This document shows positions 11,905 to 24,470 of a stretch of DNA of 64,000 bases, piece after piece. How positions within the stretch are numbered: position 1 is the first letter of the stretch; each line of letters starts with the position of its first letter. Where the stretch lies: positions 53,196,001 through 53,260,000 of the forward strand of contig NC_086114.1 in assembly GCF_963921235.1 (NCBI RefSeq), read 5' to 3'. The notes beneath the pieces are model-generated. The model was not told the origin of the DNA, ran no database searches, and worked only from the letters and a program-made list of their open reading frames with translations. The DNA comes from Mobula hypostoma (taxonomy: Eukaryota). Position numbers and translations under genes: made by a program.

Positions 11905-12201
11905 CAGGACCCCGTCAGACTCCAAACAGAAAATCCCTCACTCACTCAACCTGTCTTCAAAAGACATGCTCTCCAATTCAGGCAGCATCCTTTAAAAGTT
12001 TTGGATATATTGCATTAAAATAACTATTTTATGTGAGAAATATAAAGGGTGCAATGCAACAGGTCTATTGTATATTCGGGGAATATTGTATGCCACTTGT
12101 ATAAAACGCTAAAGGCAGTTACACTGCACATTGCCCACACCCGCAGTGGGTGCACCATGTCTGTATGTAGAATGACACGTTCACTCCATTTTTCATTCCA
12201 G

Positions 12202-12261
12202 GAAACAGGACTAATAACGAAGATTATTGAGAGGTATGGCAGAAGTACAAAGAAAAGATGA
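12202..12261 (+). CDS. NMB: Neuromedin B copy 1, exon 3
   Basis: Pyrimidine tract plus ttccag|GAA, encoding ETGLITKIIERYGRSTKKR*; in phase with exon 2 and resembling the fish NMB C-terminus. Confidence 0.85.
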   Translation, partial: ETGLITKIIERYGRSTKKR

Positions 12262-12482
12262 ACATCCAGGAAAATGGTTGGTGAAGTTGTGAGCAAGATG
12301 ACCCGAATGGTGAATGTGGACATTTTGTTGTAACAATAGTGTATTTCCATCACATATTTTATGTTTTGCTTCTGTACACTTATCCATATCTATTAAAGAG
12401 GGAGCAAGGATTATTCTGTATTTTTCTGACTTTTTTGCATTGTTAAAGCACATTTAATGTCACCACAAGTTTATGCTTGGCG

Positions 12483-12488
12483 AATAAA
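12483..12488 (+). terminator. Putative polyadenylation signal, NMB copy 1
   Basis: AATAAA about 220 nt after the stop; conserved at 37556 and 58773. Confidence 0.65.
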
Positions 12489-12938
12489 GAATATATTGTT
12501 TAAGCAACTAGTACTTGGAATTTAATCCCATGAAAATGGATTGAGAAACAAGATCACAGCTGCAGATTGGGAGAATGGAATTGCTGATATAGCCTCACCC
12601 ATGAAATGGTGTCCTTTGTCCTGATAATGTAAAATTACAGTGTTGTTGTGAATTTCATTGCGGTGACTCCAGATCCTTCCACGTGAAGTATGCCAGTTGT
12701 GAAACACTGCTCCAGCCTCAATAGATGAAGTAGATTTTCCTTTTTACCTTTCCCATCCACTCTGTGGTCCGTGATCAGCTGCATGGACCATCTGCCTTTG
12801 TTCTGGATGTTCATTATAATTCTATATTGCACTATTTTCTCCAAACTTAATAAATCAAAAAGGGGCACACATGCACAAAATTACAGATAGATACACACAG
12901 AATGTATTTCACAGAGGCACACTCACATATACACAGAT

Positions 12939-12940
<2 letters not shown>

Positions 12941-12972
<32 letters not shown>
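12941..12972. repeat. (CA)n microsatellite
   Basis: Direct observation; orthologous repeat at ~59232-59272. Confidence 0.9.
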
Positions 12973-12976
<4 letters not shown>

Positions 12977-13549
12977 CAGGCCAACTAGCTCTTGACAGCT
13001 GTTGATTTGGAGGCCATTTCTGGACGAGCTGTGAGATTTGCCATTCCCTCTCCAACTTCACCCCCCTGACATCCACCTACCTCTAACTCCCAAATCCCCC
13101 TCCCTTCCCCTCCATTGTTCAATCCACCCATCCTGCTTCACCAACCCCTCATCAGTCCACTAATCACCTCAGAACCCTGCCTCCTCTCCTCCTTACTCTG
13201 GCAATTCCCCCTCCACTCTCACACCCATTTAAGGCTCCGATCCATCACACCCCTCCCACCCCACCACAAATTCTACTCGACCCACTGCTTTCCTCAGGCT
13301 GATTGTTTGTTGCCCCATCCTTATATTGCTTTGCAGACTCAGCATTTGCCAACAGAATCTGCTTAACACCAAATCGCAGATCTGAATTCTCAGTGCAGAT
13401 TCATATCTTCTTCCAGCTTTATCTCCAGCACAGGGTCACTGCCTTTCTGGTTACAGTGAAACTTTTCATAAATAAGGCAACATTATATCCCGATGTGCTT
13501 TCTTTAAAATGAAATGTGATGCTTACAGTACACGTGTACATATTCAATA

Positions 13550-13550
<1 letters not shown>

Positions 13551-13591
<41 letters not shown>
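13551..13591. repeat. (TG)n microsatellite
   Basis: Direct observation. Confidence 0.9.
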
Positions 13592-13595
<4 letters not shown>

Positions 13596-13741
13596 CTGTG
13601 TGCGAGAGCGTGGGCCCTTAACTCCTTGTGGAGTCGTCGGGGAGCCGTGATGACAAGCTTTTTGCACGGATCTTTTTTGGTATGCTCATCGTCTTGGGCA
13701 TCTGAATCCTGGAGGAGCCCATACCTCTCCAGGTTTTTTTT

Positions 13742-13870
13742 TACGAGGTCGAGTTGTTAGATTGACAGTCAACCCAGCACGGATGGAGAGCGTGCAAGGG
13801 AGCTGGCTGGATTCGAACTCGGAACCTCTCGCCCCGAAGTCCAGCGCTGATGCCACTACGCCACTAGCGG
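13742..13870 (-). mobile_element. tRNA-derived SINE
   Basis: Minus strand A box TGGCGTAGTGG, B box GAGTTCGAATCC, then a non-tRNA body and A tail; paralog at ~38765-38900. Confidence 0.7.
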
Positions 13871-14118
13871 TAATATTCAATAATGTGCTGGTCCAATTAC
13901 AGTGTGATTTCTATACATGATACGTACATAGACTAAAGTTCAAGTTCAAATATATTTTCATGGGCATACATACCCAGGATATAATTGCCATGACAATTAG
14001 CTCTTTGCAGCAGCAGTAGCACAGTACAGTACAGAATTATTGAACATCACTTCCAAAATAATTAAATGAATATAAATTATACGTAATTTACACAACAAAA
14101 CAAACAGCAGTAACACTA

Positions 14119-16062
14119 ACAACAGGAATTCTGCAGCTGCTGGAAATTCAAGCAACACACATCAAAGTTGCTGGTGAACGCAGCAGGCCAAGCAGCATCT
14201 ATAGGAAGAGGCGCAGTCGACGTATCAGGCCGAGACCCTTCATCAGGAATAACTGAAGGAAGAGTGAGTAAGGGATTTGAAAGTTGGAGGGGGAGGGGGA
14301 GATGCAAAATGATAGGAGAAGACAGGAGGGGGAGGGATAGAGCCGAGAGCTGGACAGGTGATAGGCAAAAGGGGATACGAGAGGATCATGGGACAGGAGG
14401 TCCGGGAAGAAAGACGGCGGGGGGGGTGACCCAGAGGATAGGCAAGAGGTATATTCAGAGGGACAGAGGGAGAAAAAGGAGAGTGAGAGAAAGAATGTGT
14501 GCATAAAAATGAGTAACAGATGGGGTACGAGGGGGAGGTGGGGTCTAGCGGAAGTTAGAGAAGTCGATGTTCATGCCATCAGGTTGGAGGCTACCCAGAC
14601 GGAATATAAGGTGTTGTTCCTCCAACCTGAGTGTGGCTTCATCTTTACAGTAGAGGAGGCCGTGGATAGACATGTCAGAATGGGAATGGGATGTGGAATT
14701 AAAATGTGTGGCCACTGGGAGATCCTGCTTTCTCTGGCGGACAGAGCGTAGATGTTCAGCAAAGCGGTCTCCCAGTCTGCGTCGGGTCTCACCAATATAT
14801 AAAAGGCCACATCGGGAGCACCGGACGCAGTATATCACCCCAGTCGACTCACAGGTGAAGTAATGCCTCACCTGGAAGGACTGTTTGGGGCCCTGAATGG
14901 TGGTAAGGGAGGATGTGTAAGGGCATGTGTAGCACTTGTTCCGCTTACACGGATAAGTGCCAGGAGGGAGATCAGTGGGGAGGGATGGGGGGGACGAATG
15001 GACAAGGGAGTTGTGTAGGGAGCGATCCCTGCGGAATGCAGAGGGGGGGGAGGGAAAGATGTGCTTAGTGGTGGGATCCCGTTGGAGGTGGCGGAAGTTA
15101 CGGAGAATAATATGTTGGACCCGGAGGCTGGTGGGGTGGTAGGTGAGGACCAGGGGAACCCTATTCCTAGTGGGGTGGTGGGAGGATGGAGTGAGAGCAG
15201 ATGTACGTGAAATGGGGGAGATGCGTTTAAGAGCAGAGTTGATAGTGGAGGAAGGGAAGCCCCTTTCTTTAAAAAATGAAGACATCTCCCTCGTCCTAGA
15301 ATGAAAAGCCTCATCCTGAGAGCAGATGCGGCGGAGACGGAGGAATTGCGAGAAGGGGATGGCGTTTTTGCAAGAGACAGGGTGAGAAGAGGAATAGTCC
15401 AGATAGCCGTGAGAGTCAGAAGGCTTATAGTAGACATCAGTGGATAAGCTGTCTCCAGAGACAGAGACAGAAAGATCTAGAAAGGGGAGGGAGGTGTCGG
15501 AAATTGACCAGGTAAACTTGAGGGCAGGGTGAAAGTTGGAGGCAAAGTTAATAAAGTCAACCAGTCGATGTAGCGAAGGAAAAGTGGGGGACAGATACCA
15601 GAATAGGCACGGAACATAGATTGTTCCACAAACCCAACAAAAAGGCAGGCATAGCTAGGACCCATACGGGTGCCCATAGCTACACCTTTAGTTTGGAGGA
15701 AATGGGAGGAGCAAAAGGAGAAGTTATTAAGAGTAAGGACTAATTCCGCTAGACGGAGCAGAGTGGTGGTAGAGGGGAACTGATTAGGTCTGGAATCCAA
15801 AAAGAAGCGTAGAGCTTTGAGACCTTCCTGATGGGGGATGGAAGTATATAAGGACTGGACATCCATGGTGAAAATAAAGCGGTGGGGGCCAGGGAACTTA
15901 AAATCATCGAAAAGTTTAAGAGCGTGAGAAGTGTCACGAACATAGGTCGGAAGGGATTGAACAAGGGGTGATAAAACAGTGTCGAGGTATGCAGAAACGA
16001 GTTCGGTGGGGCAGGAGCAAGCTGAGACAATAGGTCGGCCAGGACAGGCAGGTTTGTGGATC
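14119..16062 (-). mobile_element. 5'-truncated Penelope-like retroelement (RT plus GIY-YIG endonuclease), copy 1-specific
   Basis: RT motifs MDVQSLYTSIP, GVAMGTRMGPSYA and FLRYID (second Asp lost by a small deletion); GIY-YIG VIYC..LLYIGETRRRL..RFAEH; 12-bp TSD gcagtaacacta (14107-14118, 16063-16074). Confidence 0.95.
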
Positions 16063-16269
16063 GCAGTAACACTATCAAATTAGTGCAACAGATTTGCAGA
16101 AGTATTGCTCACATAAGCTTTGACTTCTTCCCAGCGTCTCGTTTTGTGTATGCGTGATTGAAGAATATCAGCACAGCCAGAATATCCCACAGAACAACCT
16201 ACTGCAGCGCCCATTACAACCACCTGCCTCATGGGAGTCGTACGGCAAGCCATTCTATACACACAGTGC

Positions 16270-16817
16270 CTCCTGTATCTAAAAGAGTGGCCAAATAGTG
16301 TATGTGTGTGGTCTGATGCTGTCGTTCATCAATTTCAGGCTCGGCACATTTTGCATTCCGAGATATTCTTCAGCACGTCCCTGTTGCAATCTGTGGTTAT
16401 TTGAGATACTGTCGCCTTCCTGTCAGCTTGAAGCAATCTGGCCATTCTCCACTGACCTCTCTCATTAACAAGGCATTTTCACCCATAGAACTGACTATCA
16501 CTGGAATCTTTCTGTTTTCCTTTTTGCGCAATCCTCTGTAGACTCTCCAGACTGTTGTGTATGAAAATCCTAGGATATCTGCAGTTTTTCGGATACTCAA
16601 ACCTTCCCGTCTGGCACCAACAAAATATTTCACAGTCAAAGTCACTGAGATCACATTTCATCTCCATTCTGACATTTGGTCTGAACAACAACTGAACTTC
16701 TTGACCATGTCTGCATGCTATCATGCATCGAGTTGCTGCCACGGGATTGGCTAAATAGATATTTGCATTAATGAGCAGGTGTACAGGTGTAACTAATAAA
16801 GTGGCCACCAAATGTGC
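16270..16817 (-). mobile_element. Tc1/mariner non-autonomous relic; paralogs at ~39340-39888 and ~60160-60707
   Basis: Transposase N-terminus remnant (KCDLSDFD..VGARREGLSIRKTADILGFSYTTVWRVYR) and TIR-like tgtaactaataaagtggcca. Confidence 0.75.
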
Positions 16818-16934
16818 ATCAACAGTCAAATGTACAAAAGGGGAAATTTTATAGGAGATTTGCAAGGCGCATTCTTTGCACAGAGAGTGGTAGTTTGCAA
16901 ATAAATAGCATTGTTCAAGAGGCATTTAGACAGA

Positions 16935-18957
16935 TAGAAACATAGTAAACCTACTGCACAATACAGGTCGTTTGTCCCAGAATGCTCTGCTGAACTGGCC
17001 ATTACTTTAGAAATTACCTCGTGTGACCGATAGCTCTCTATTTTTCTAAGCTCCATGTACCTATCCAGGAGTCTCTAAAACGACCCTATTGTATCCTTGT
17101 AAATCTCCTCTGCACCCTTTCTATGGTTTCCACATCCTTCCTGTAGTGAGGCTACTAGAACTGAGTACAGTACTCCAAGTGGGGTCTGACCAGGGTCCTA
17201 TATAGCTGCAACATTACCTCTTGGCTCCTAAACTCAATCCCACATTTGATGAAGCCAACACACCATACGCCTTCTTAAACACAGAGTCAAACTGCATAGC
17301 AGCTTTGACTGTCCTATGGACTCAGACCCCAAGATCCCTCTGATCCTACACACTGCCAAGGAGGTTTATCATTAATACTATATTCTTCCATCATATTTGA
17401 CCTACCAAAATGAACCACCTCACACTTATATGGGTTGAGCTCCATCTGCCACTTCTCAGCCCAGTTTTGCATCCTATCGATGTCCCGCTGTAATCTCTGA
17501 CAGCCCTCCACACTATCCACAACACCCCCACCTTTTGTGTCATCAGCAGATTTGCTAACCTATCCCTCCACTTCCTCATCCAGGACACTTATAAGAATCA
17601 CGAAATGAGGGGTCCCAGAACAGATCACTGAGGCACACGACTGGTCACCAATCTCCATGCAGAATATGACCCATCTACTCTTTGTTTTCTGTAGGCAAGC
17701 CAATTCTGAATCCATGAAGTAATGTGCCCTGGGATCCTATGCCTTGTTACTTTCTCAATAAGCCTGGCATGGGGTATTTTATCAAATGCCTTGCTGAAAT
17801 CCATATACACTACATCTACTGCTCTAACTTCATCAATATGTTTAGTCACATTCTCAAAAAATTCAATCAGGTTCATAAGGCACAACCTGCGTTTGACAAA
17901 GCCATGCTGACTGTTCCTAATCATATTATCTCTGTCCAAATGTTCATAAATCCTGCCTCTCAGGATCTTTTCCTTCAACTTACCAACCACTGAAGTAAGA
18001 ATCACTGGTCTATAATTTCCTGGGCTACCACTACTCCCTTTCTTGAATAAGGTAACAACATCTGCAACCCTCCAATCCTCCAGAACCTCTCCCGTCTTCA
18101 TTGATGATGCAAAGGTCATTGCCAGAGGCTCAGCAATCTCTTCACCCACCTCCCACAGTAGCCTGGGTTACATCTCGTCTGGTCCCGATGATTTCTCCAA
18201 TTTGATGCTTTCCAAAAGTTCCAGCACATCCTCTTTCTTAATATCTATATGCTCAAGCTTTTCAGTCCACTGTAAGTCATCCCTACAATCGCCAAGATCC
18301 TTTTCGGTAGTGAATACTGAAGCAAAGTATTCATTAAGTACCTCTGCTATCTCCTCCAGTTCCATACACACGTCTCCACTGTCACACTTGATTGGTCCTA
18401 TTCTCTCACGTTATATCTTCTTGCTCTTCACATACTTGTAGAATGCCTTGGGGTTTTCCTTAATCCTCTCTGCCAAAGCCTTTTCATGGCCCCTTCTGAC
18501 TCTCCCAATTTCATTCTTAAGTTCCTTCCTGCTAGCCTTATGATCTTCTAGATCTCTATCATTACCTATTTTTTTGAAACTTTTTTAAGCTCTTCTTTTC
18601 TTCTTGACTAGATTTACAACAGCCTTTGTACACCACGCTTCCTGTACCCTACCATCCTTTCCCTGTCTCATTGGAACGCACCTATACAGAACTCCACGCA
18701 AACATCCCCTGAAGATTTGCCACATTTCTGCGGTACATTTCCTTGAGAACATCAGTTCCCAATTTATGCTTCCAAGTTCCTGCCTGATAGACTCATATTT
18801 CCCCTTACTCCAATTAAACACTTTCCAAACTTGCCTGTTCCTATCCCTCTCCAATGCTATGGTAAAGGAGATAGAATTGTGATCACCATCTCCAAAATGC
18901 TCTCCCACTGAGAGATCTGACACCTGACCAGGTTCATTTCCCAATACCAGATCAAGT
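16935..18957 (-). mobile_element. 5'-truncated CR1 LINE (ORF2 fragments)
   Basis: LDLVLGNE..EHFGDGDHNSI (APE), PGNYRPV.LTSVVGK, SQHGF, YMDFSKAFDK (RT), and an (atagaaac)-type 3' tail; many stops. Confidence 0.9.
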
Positions 18958-19165
18958 ACAGGATGTATGAACAGGCAGAGGGTGGGAGATATAGACAATG
19001 TGCAGGTAAGGGGGATTGGTTTTGATTGGTATCACGGTTGTAACAGACATTGTGGGCTGAAGATCTCAAGCCAATCTATGTACTACTGGTAGATACATGA
19101 CTCCAATGAATGCTCCTTGTCTAATCAATTGTCAGGAATAACACAGCAATACCTACAACCCAATC

Positions 19166-19735
19166 TTGGTCTCCGTTGGTCAAGGTCGACCATGGATGTT
19201 GCATCCCAGCTATCTACATGATACGTAAGCCCAGGGAAGTACTACAAGGACAGCAAGTTGCTGCCCTGAAACAGGCTCCCTATCTCCATGCATCTGATGA
19301 GACCACAGGTACAGCAGAGACCGATAGAGTTTGGCACCAGCAGCATTGCAGGAGTTGCCAGTCAGCGTTGAACTCAATGTAGGACTAACTTAGGGAATCC
19401 AGCCCCAGATTGTTCCTCAGGATTACTCCCAAAGCCGTCCCCATGAGTGGGTTCAGCCGCAAGGCAGCAGAGGTTTAACATCAGAGTTTCCTTTCTCATG
19501 TGTGAGTTGCCAACCTTGGCTGATCAGCCCCATCTGCTCAAAGCGACTGGTTTAAGGCAACAGTAACCCCGCTTTGTCCCTTCTCCTGTCAGTAGAAACG
19601 GTTCTGCCAGGTTCAGTAACTAAGCACACGTGAAGGCCAGGAGCTGGACTTGGTTGTCAGAGGCTACTTGAGATGCCCGCCATTGGGAGCATTTACTAGG
19701 AAGTGGGAGTTTATCCCCACTACAAACCCCGGCTA
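19166..19735 (-). mobile_element. Non-autonomous RTE-related repeat; inverted paralog at ~49285-49850
   Basis: Resembles RTE 5'-UTR-derived elements; duplicated within the window. Confidence 0.5.
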
Positions 19736-22283
19736 CAAAAATGTTAAGGAACCCTGTAAATCAAATTCAATATAAAATACTGGAGGAATTCAATGGGTTA
19801 GGCAGCATCTGTGGAAGGAAGAGGACCGGTAACATTTTGGATCATGACTCTTCATCTGAACTGGTTTCTCTTTCCACCAAAACCTACCCACCTACTGAAT
19901 ATTGAAAGGCCTAGATAGTGGACATAAAGAGCGTGTTTCCAATAGTGGGAGAGTCTAGAACCAGAGGGCGCAGCCTCAGAATACAAGGATGTCCCTTTAG
20001 AACAGAGGTAAAGAGGAATTTCTTCAGTTAGAGGCTAGTGAATGTGTGGAATTCATTGCCACAGGTGGCTGTGGAGGCCAAGTCATTGGATTTATTAAAA
20101 ATGAGCATTGATAAATTTTGGATTACCTATAGCCTTTTGTGTGTGTTCCTCTAGCCTTTTATATGTGTTTTGCTTTGGATTTCCAGCATCTACAGATATT
20201 CTCGTGTTTGTCCTCCATGTGTTTTCAGAATAAATCTCAATTCCAGAGAGATTCCTTTGAGTTTGATACAAACATAAGCTGAACGTTGGAAACACTCAGT
20301 AGGTTAAGCAGCGTCTGTGGAGAAGGTGGAGTATGTCCATGATTCGATTCGAGACCCTGGATCAGGAGTTATTCCAGGATTCTGTTCCTTGTTCAGCAGT
20401 CTCTCGTGTCTTTTCCTTCTCATCTGATATTTACAGAGGAGTTGGCACGCATATACTGTTTTTATTTTGTTTGGAAAAATCTCCTAAACCACAAGAGGAT
20501 GATATGTTAAGATTTGGTGCAAAATGCAGTTTGAATTGAGATTGGTTCTGGGCACCACATTCTGAAAATAAAGTTTTATTCTTGAAAAAAGCGCAAGACA
20601 GATTTCAAATTGACGCTAAGATTATAAACATGAGGACAGATAAGCTTGTAGTCTCCATAATTCAGAAGACAAAGAAGTCACAGATTGAAGGTTCAAAATA
20701 ATGAGAAGGTGACACAGAGACTGGGTGCTGGGGTGGAGATCTGTCTCTACCAAAGGACTGGTGATAAGCTGCTCCTTCCCTCTGCCAGCCTGCGGGTCAC
20801 CCTTGGGCAAGGGGTAGCACCTGCTTACACTCTCGATCAGGGTCAGGTGAAGCCACAGAAGCAGGTGCTGGATGGTTGTATGAGCAGCAGCTGTATGTTA
20901 CAAATCCTGGTTATGTGACCACTGATGCCAGGCAGACAATCGCTGAAGAGTATTGCTGATGGTTGGGGTCAGCCATTTTGTAAACACACTCTCCAGAAGA
21001 AGGTAATGGCAAATCACTTCGACAGAAAACATTTCCAAGAACAGTCATGGTCAAGAGCATGATTATCTCCGTCGTACGACACGGCACTTACTGAATGAAT
21101 GACACAGCGGTGCAGAGGTGCTATTGCACAGCACCAGAGATGACGGGTTCAATCCTGACCTCCAGGGCTGTTGGCTTCCACATTCTCCCTGTCACTGGTT
21201 GGGTTGAGACCCTGTGCCCCAATATCATCTGGCATCTCAAAGGCATGTAGGTTTTTGGTTAATTGAACAACGTCAAATGTCCCCTGGTGCAGGAAGAAGC
21301 TAGTGAATGGAACTGAGGTTCGGATCTAATTGAGCAGTCGACCAGGTTCAAGGGTTTTAATAGCCTGCATCATCATCTTACATTCATTATGCACCATGTC
21401 AGATGACAAGGGCGATCATTGCCCCATGATCATGACTGTTCTTGGCAAACTTTTCTCCAGAAGTGGTTCGCCATTGCCTTCTTCTGGGCAGTGTCTTTAC
21501 AAGATGGGTGACCCTAGCCATTATCGGAGATTGTCCGCCTGCACCTGTTCCATATAAGACCCCAACAATTGAGTACATACCTTACCAAGATCATATTTAC
21601 TGGGAACAGGATAACAATGTAAATAAGTTATATTAGTTATGAGCAACTGGAATTAAGTTGCAACTCATTTGTGTTCCACATAATTCATTCATAAACTGGA
21701 AGATTAAAACAAAGAATTTGCATCTGTGGCTTGATGTTCATAATCACAGAACACCTGAATTTCCCAGCATCCAATGGAGAGTGGACACAGAGGAAAATCT
21801 TCCTGCTCATTTTCAAATAGTGTTGTGGGTTCTTCCACGTTCAGTTACCATTGATAAGCATTTTAGCTGAAAGGCAGCACCTCTGACAGTGTCACGGTGC
21901 CTCAGCATAGCACTAGGGTGTCAAAGTAGATTTTTGTCATTATACCTTTGGAATTGCATAAGCACAGACTTTCTGAATTAAAAGTGAATTGCATTTGTCA
22001 CTCCCAAGATCAATAGGGAATCAATAGGGAATATCTGCAATCTCTGTTCTCACATTTAGTCACATTTTTTTGCAGCAGACAGTAGAGGCAATTTACCTCT
22101 AAGTGGTGGAAACGCTGAATAACAAATTTCCAACATTACATTTCGAATGTCATACAAGTAGACATTGCTATTATACTCTTAGCATAATCTCTAGGTAAGA
22201 AAAATGTTACAAGAACTTCGACAACAGAATACAGGTGTGACAGGAAAGGATCTCACAATAAACTACATATTTGATTACAGAAT

Positions 22284-22964
22284 TGTAATGCCCCAGTAAA
22301 GATTTCTACTGCAATGCAGTGAGGTACTTTATATTAGCCATTTAAAAGCAGTGTGCCATGCTGGAAAGAGTGTTATGGCTTTGGCTAAAGAAAACAAACC
22401 ATGTTGCCTAACTTCGGAATGTGTGTCAGCCATTCAGGATCCTGGTTCTAGAGAGCCGTGGGGAAGAGTTTTCTGAAGGACAATAGTCTGGTTCGGGGTC
22501 TTTGGCGTGAGCTGCAGGAGGGGCACAGGGGAAGATGCCACTGAATGCCATTGGAAGGAGAGTCCCTGTTGCAGGAAGTGCTTTGTGCAGGTGAATGGCT
22601 CCAAGCAAAAAAGGCCAATCCTCTTGTGAGAGCCAGTTCTTTCGAGAAGGTCTTCGAGGGCTTTAGTAAGAAATACACCCTGACTACTCCAGTATGATCT
22701 CCAATGTTTGTGTGCACATTGCACTGTTGTAACTATAATGGACCATCTTAATTTCTTTTTTTTTTTTTTACACAGCATTTTCTCAAAACGTGGTTCCATT
22801 TATTGAACCACCATGACATTCCTCCTTGGTTGAACCCCAAATCGTACCAAACCCCGACCCGTACATAGTTTGTCAGAGGTGGCCTTCTCACTGCTGAGCC
22901 ACAGAGCTTTTAGCAGAGTTGGCTAACGAGCCAAGTGTGTATGGGCCCTGGTGAGAGGGTTACA
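22284..22964. mobile_element. Probable solo LTR; inverted paralog at 45372-46070
   Basis: Termini TGTAATGCCC...GGGTTACA with a degenerate 4-bp TSD (gaat/ggat in the paralog). Confidence 0.5.
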
Positions 22965-23289
22965 GTAGTATGTGGTATTTCTCTCTGTCATCCAGAGTTT
23001 AGTCTCATGCTAAGGGTACAAACAATCCCATCTAATCTAGTAATCTAATCTAATCATCCTCTTGTGCACCAAAGAAAATATCTCTCCACTCACTTGTAGT
23101 TCATTCTTATCTATAACACCTGACACCAGCTCTGCTGTCTCTTAATTCCATACCTAATTCTTTCTTTCATGTTCCCACCAGCCTCCAACCTACATCCTTC
23201 CACAAGCCGTCCCCTGTTGGGACATCACCCATCTATTGTATTACCCAGTGCTGACTGGCATCATCAATCACTTCAGTCTTTCAGATAGC

Positions 23290-23910
23290 AAAGTTTAAAG
23301 TAAATTTATTATCGAAGTACGTACATGCCACAACGTACTACCCCACAACCAAGATTCATTTTGTTGCAGGCATTCACATTGGATACAAAGAAAAACAATA
23401 GTGTTAATCATTGAAAAACTATGCGCAAAGAAAGACAGACAAATAACCAAAGTGCAGAAGATAACAAACTGTGCAAATACAAGACAAACAAATAAACGAA
23501 CAAACACATAAATAAATAATATTGAGAACATGAGTTGTAGAGTCATTGAAAATAAGTCCATAGTTTGTGAAATCAGTTCAGAGTTGAGGTGAGCGAAGTT
23601 GTCTATGCTGGTTCAGGAGCCCGATGGTTGAACAGTAGTAACTGTCCCTGAACCTGGTGGTGTGGGTCCTAAGGCTCCTTCCCAATGGCAGCAACAGGAA
23701 GAGAGCACAGTGTGGATCATGAGGGTCTGGGACGATGGATGCTGCTTTCCTGTGGAATTGCCAGCTGCAACTGTGCTCAGTGGTTGGGAGGGCATTTCCT
23801 GTGATGGATTGGGCTGCATCCACTGCTTTTCTGCTTATGGGCAATGGTGTTTCCATACCAGGCCATGATGCAACCAGTCAGAATACTCTCCACTCTGTGT
23901 CTATAGAAGT
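23290..23910 (-). mobile_element. Rex1/Babar-like LINE 3' fragment; inverted paralog at ~44425-45045
   Basis: C-terminal motif KAASI..DPHDP..LFLLLPLGRSLRTHTTRFRDSYY..IGLLN. Confidence 0.65.
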
Positions 23911-24470
23911 TCAAAAGTTAATTCCCTGCAGAGTCACCCAGCTCCAGCCCTTCCCTCACCACTTCCAGAACTGATATCAGAAACAGAAGAAGGCCACTAC
24001 CCCCTTCATTCTGCCACACACTCAGTAAGATGATGACTGATCTCATCCTGTCCTCGACACCATCATCCTGCTTGGCCCCTGTATCTCTTCTTGGCTTTGA
24101 AGCTGATATATCTGTTCATATCTGGTTTTTGAGTTTATTTAATGACTTTGCCTTCACAGCTCTTTGGGGTAAAGAATTCAAGAGAATTGTGACCTTCTGA
24201 GACAAGTTGATCTCTATTTCCATTGGGCAACCCATTATTCTGTAATTGTGCCCTCACATCAAGCTTAAAATAACCCCACCAGGAGAAATATCCTCTTCAC
24301 CATCAATTTTGTCAGTACCCCTGGGAACTTTATATTTCAGGGGTTGATCTACACGTCACCCTTTTACCTTGTTGAAACAATCGTACAGTTCATCCTAACC
24401 TCAACTTGCTGTGTTTTTCAATTTATTTCTGGTATTCCACCCTGCTTATTCCTTCTGAAAAGTCCTGTTT

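Larger units (their letters stand above)
8040..11919 (-). mobile_element. Truncated Ty3/Gypsy (Gmr1-like) LTR retrotransposon in NMB copy 1 intron 2: 5' LTR, PBS, degenerate gag, integrase; no RT or 3' LTR
   Basis: LTR 10814-11919, tRNA-Pro PBS, gag-like ORFs 10098-10757, integrase ORF 8339-8962. Absent from copy 3. Confidence 0.9.

Noticed and set aside
13795-13870. tRNA genes (also ~57850-57915 and 60765-60835)
   Set aside because: A/B boxes are attached to SINE bodies with tails or TSDs, and there is no complete cloverleaf.
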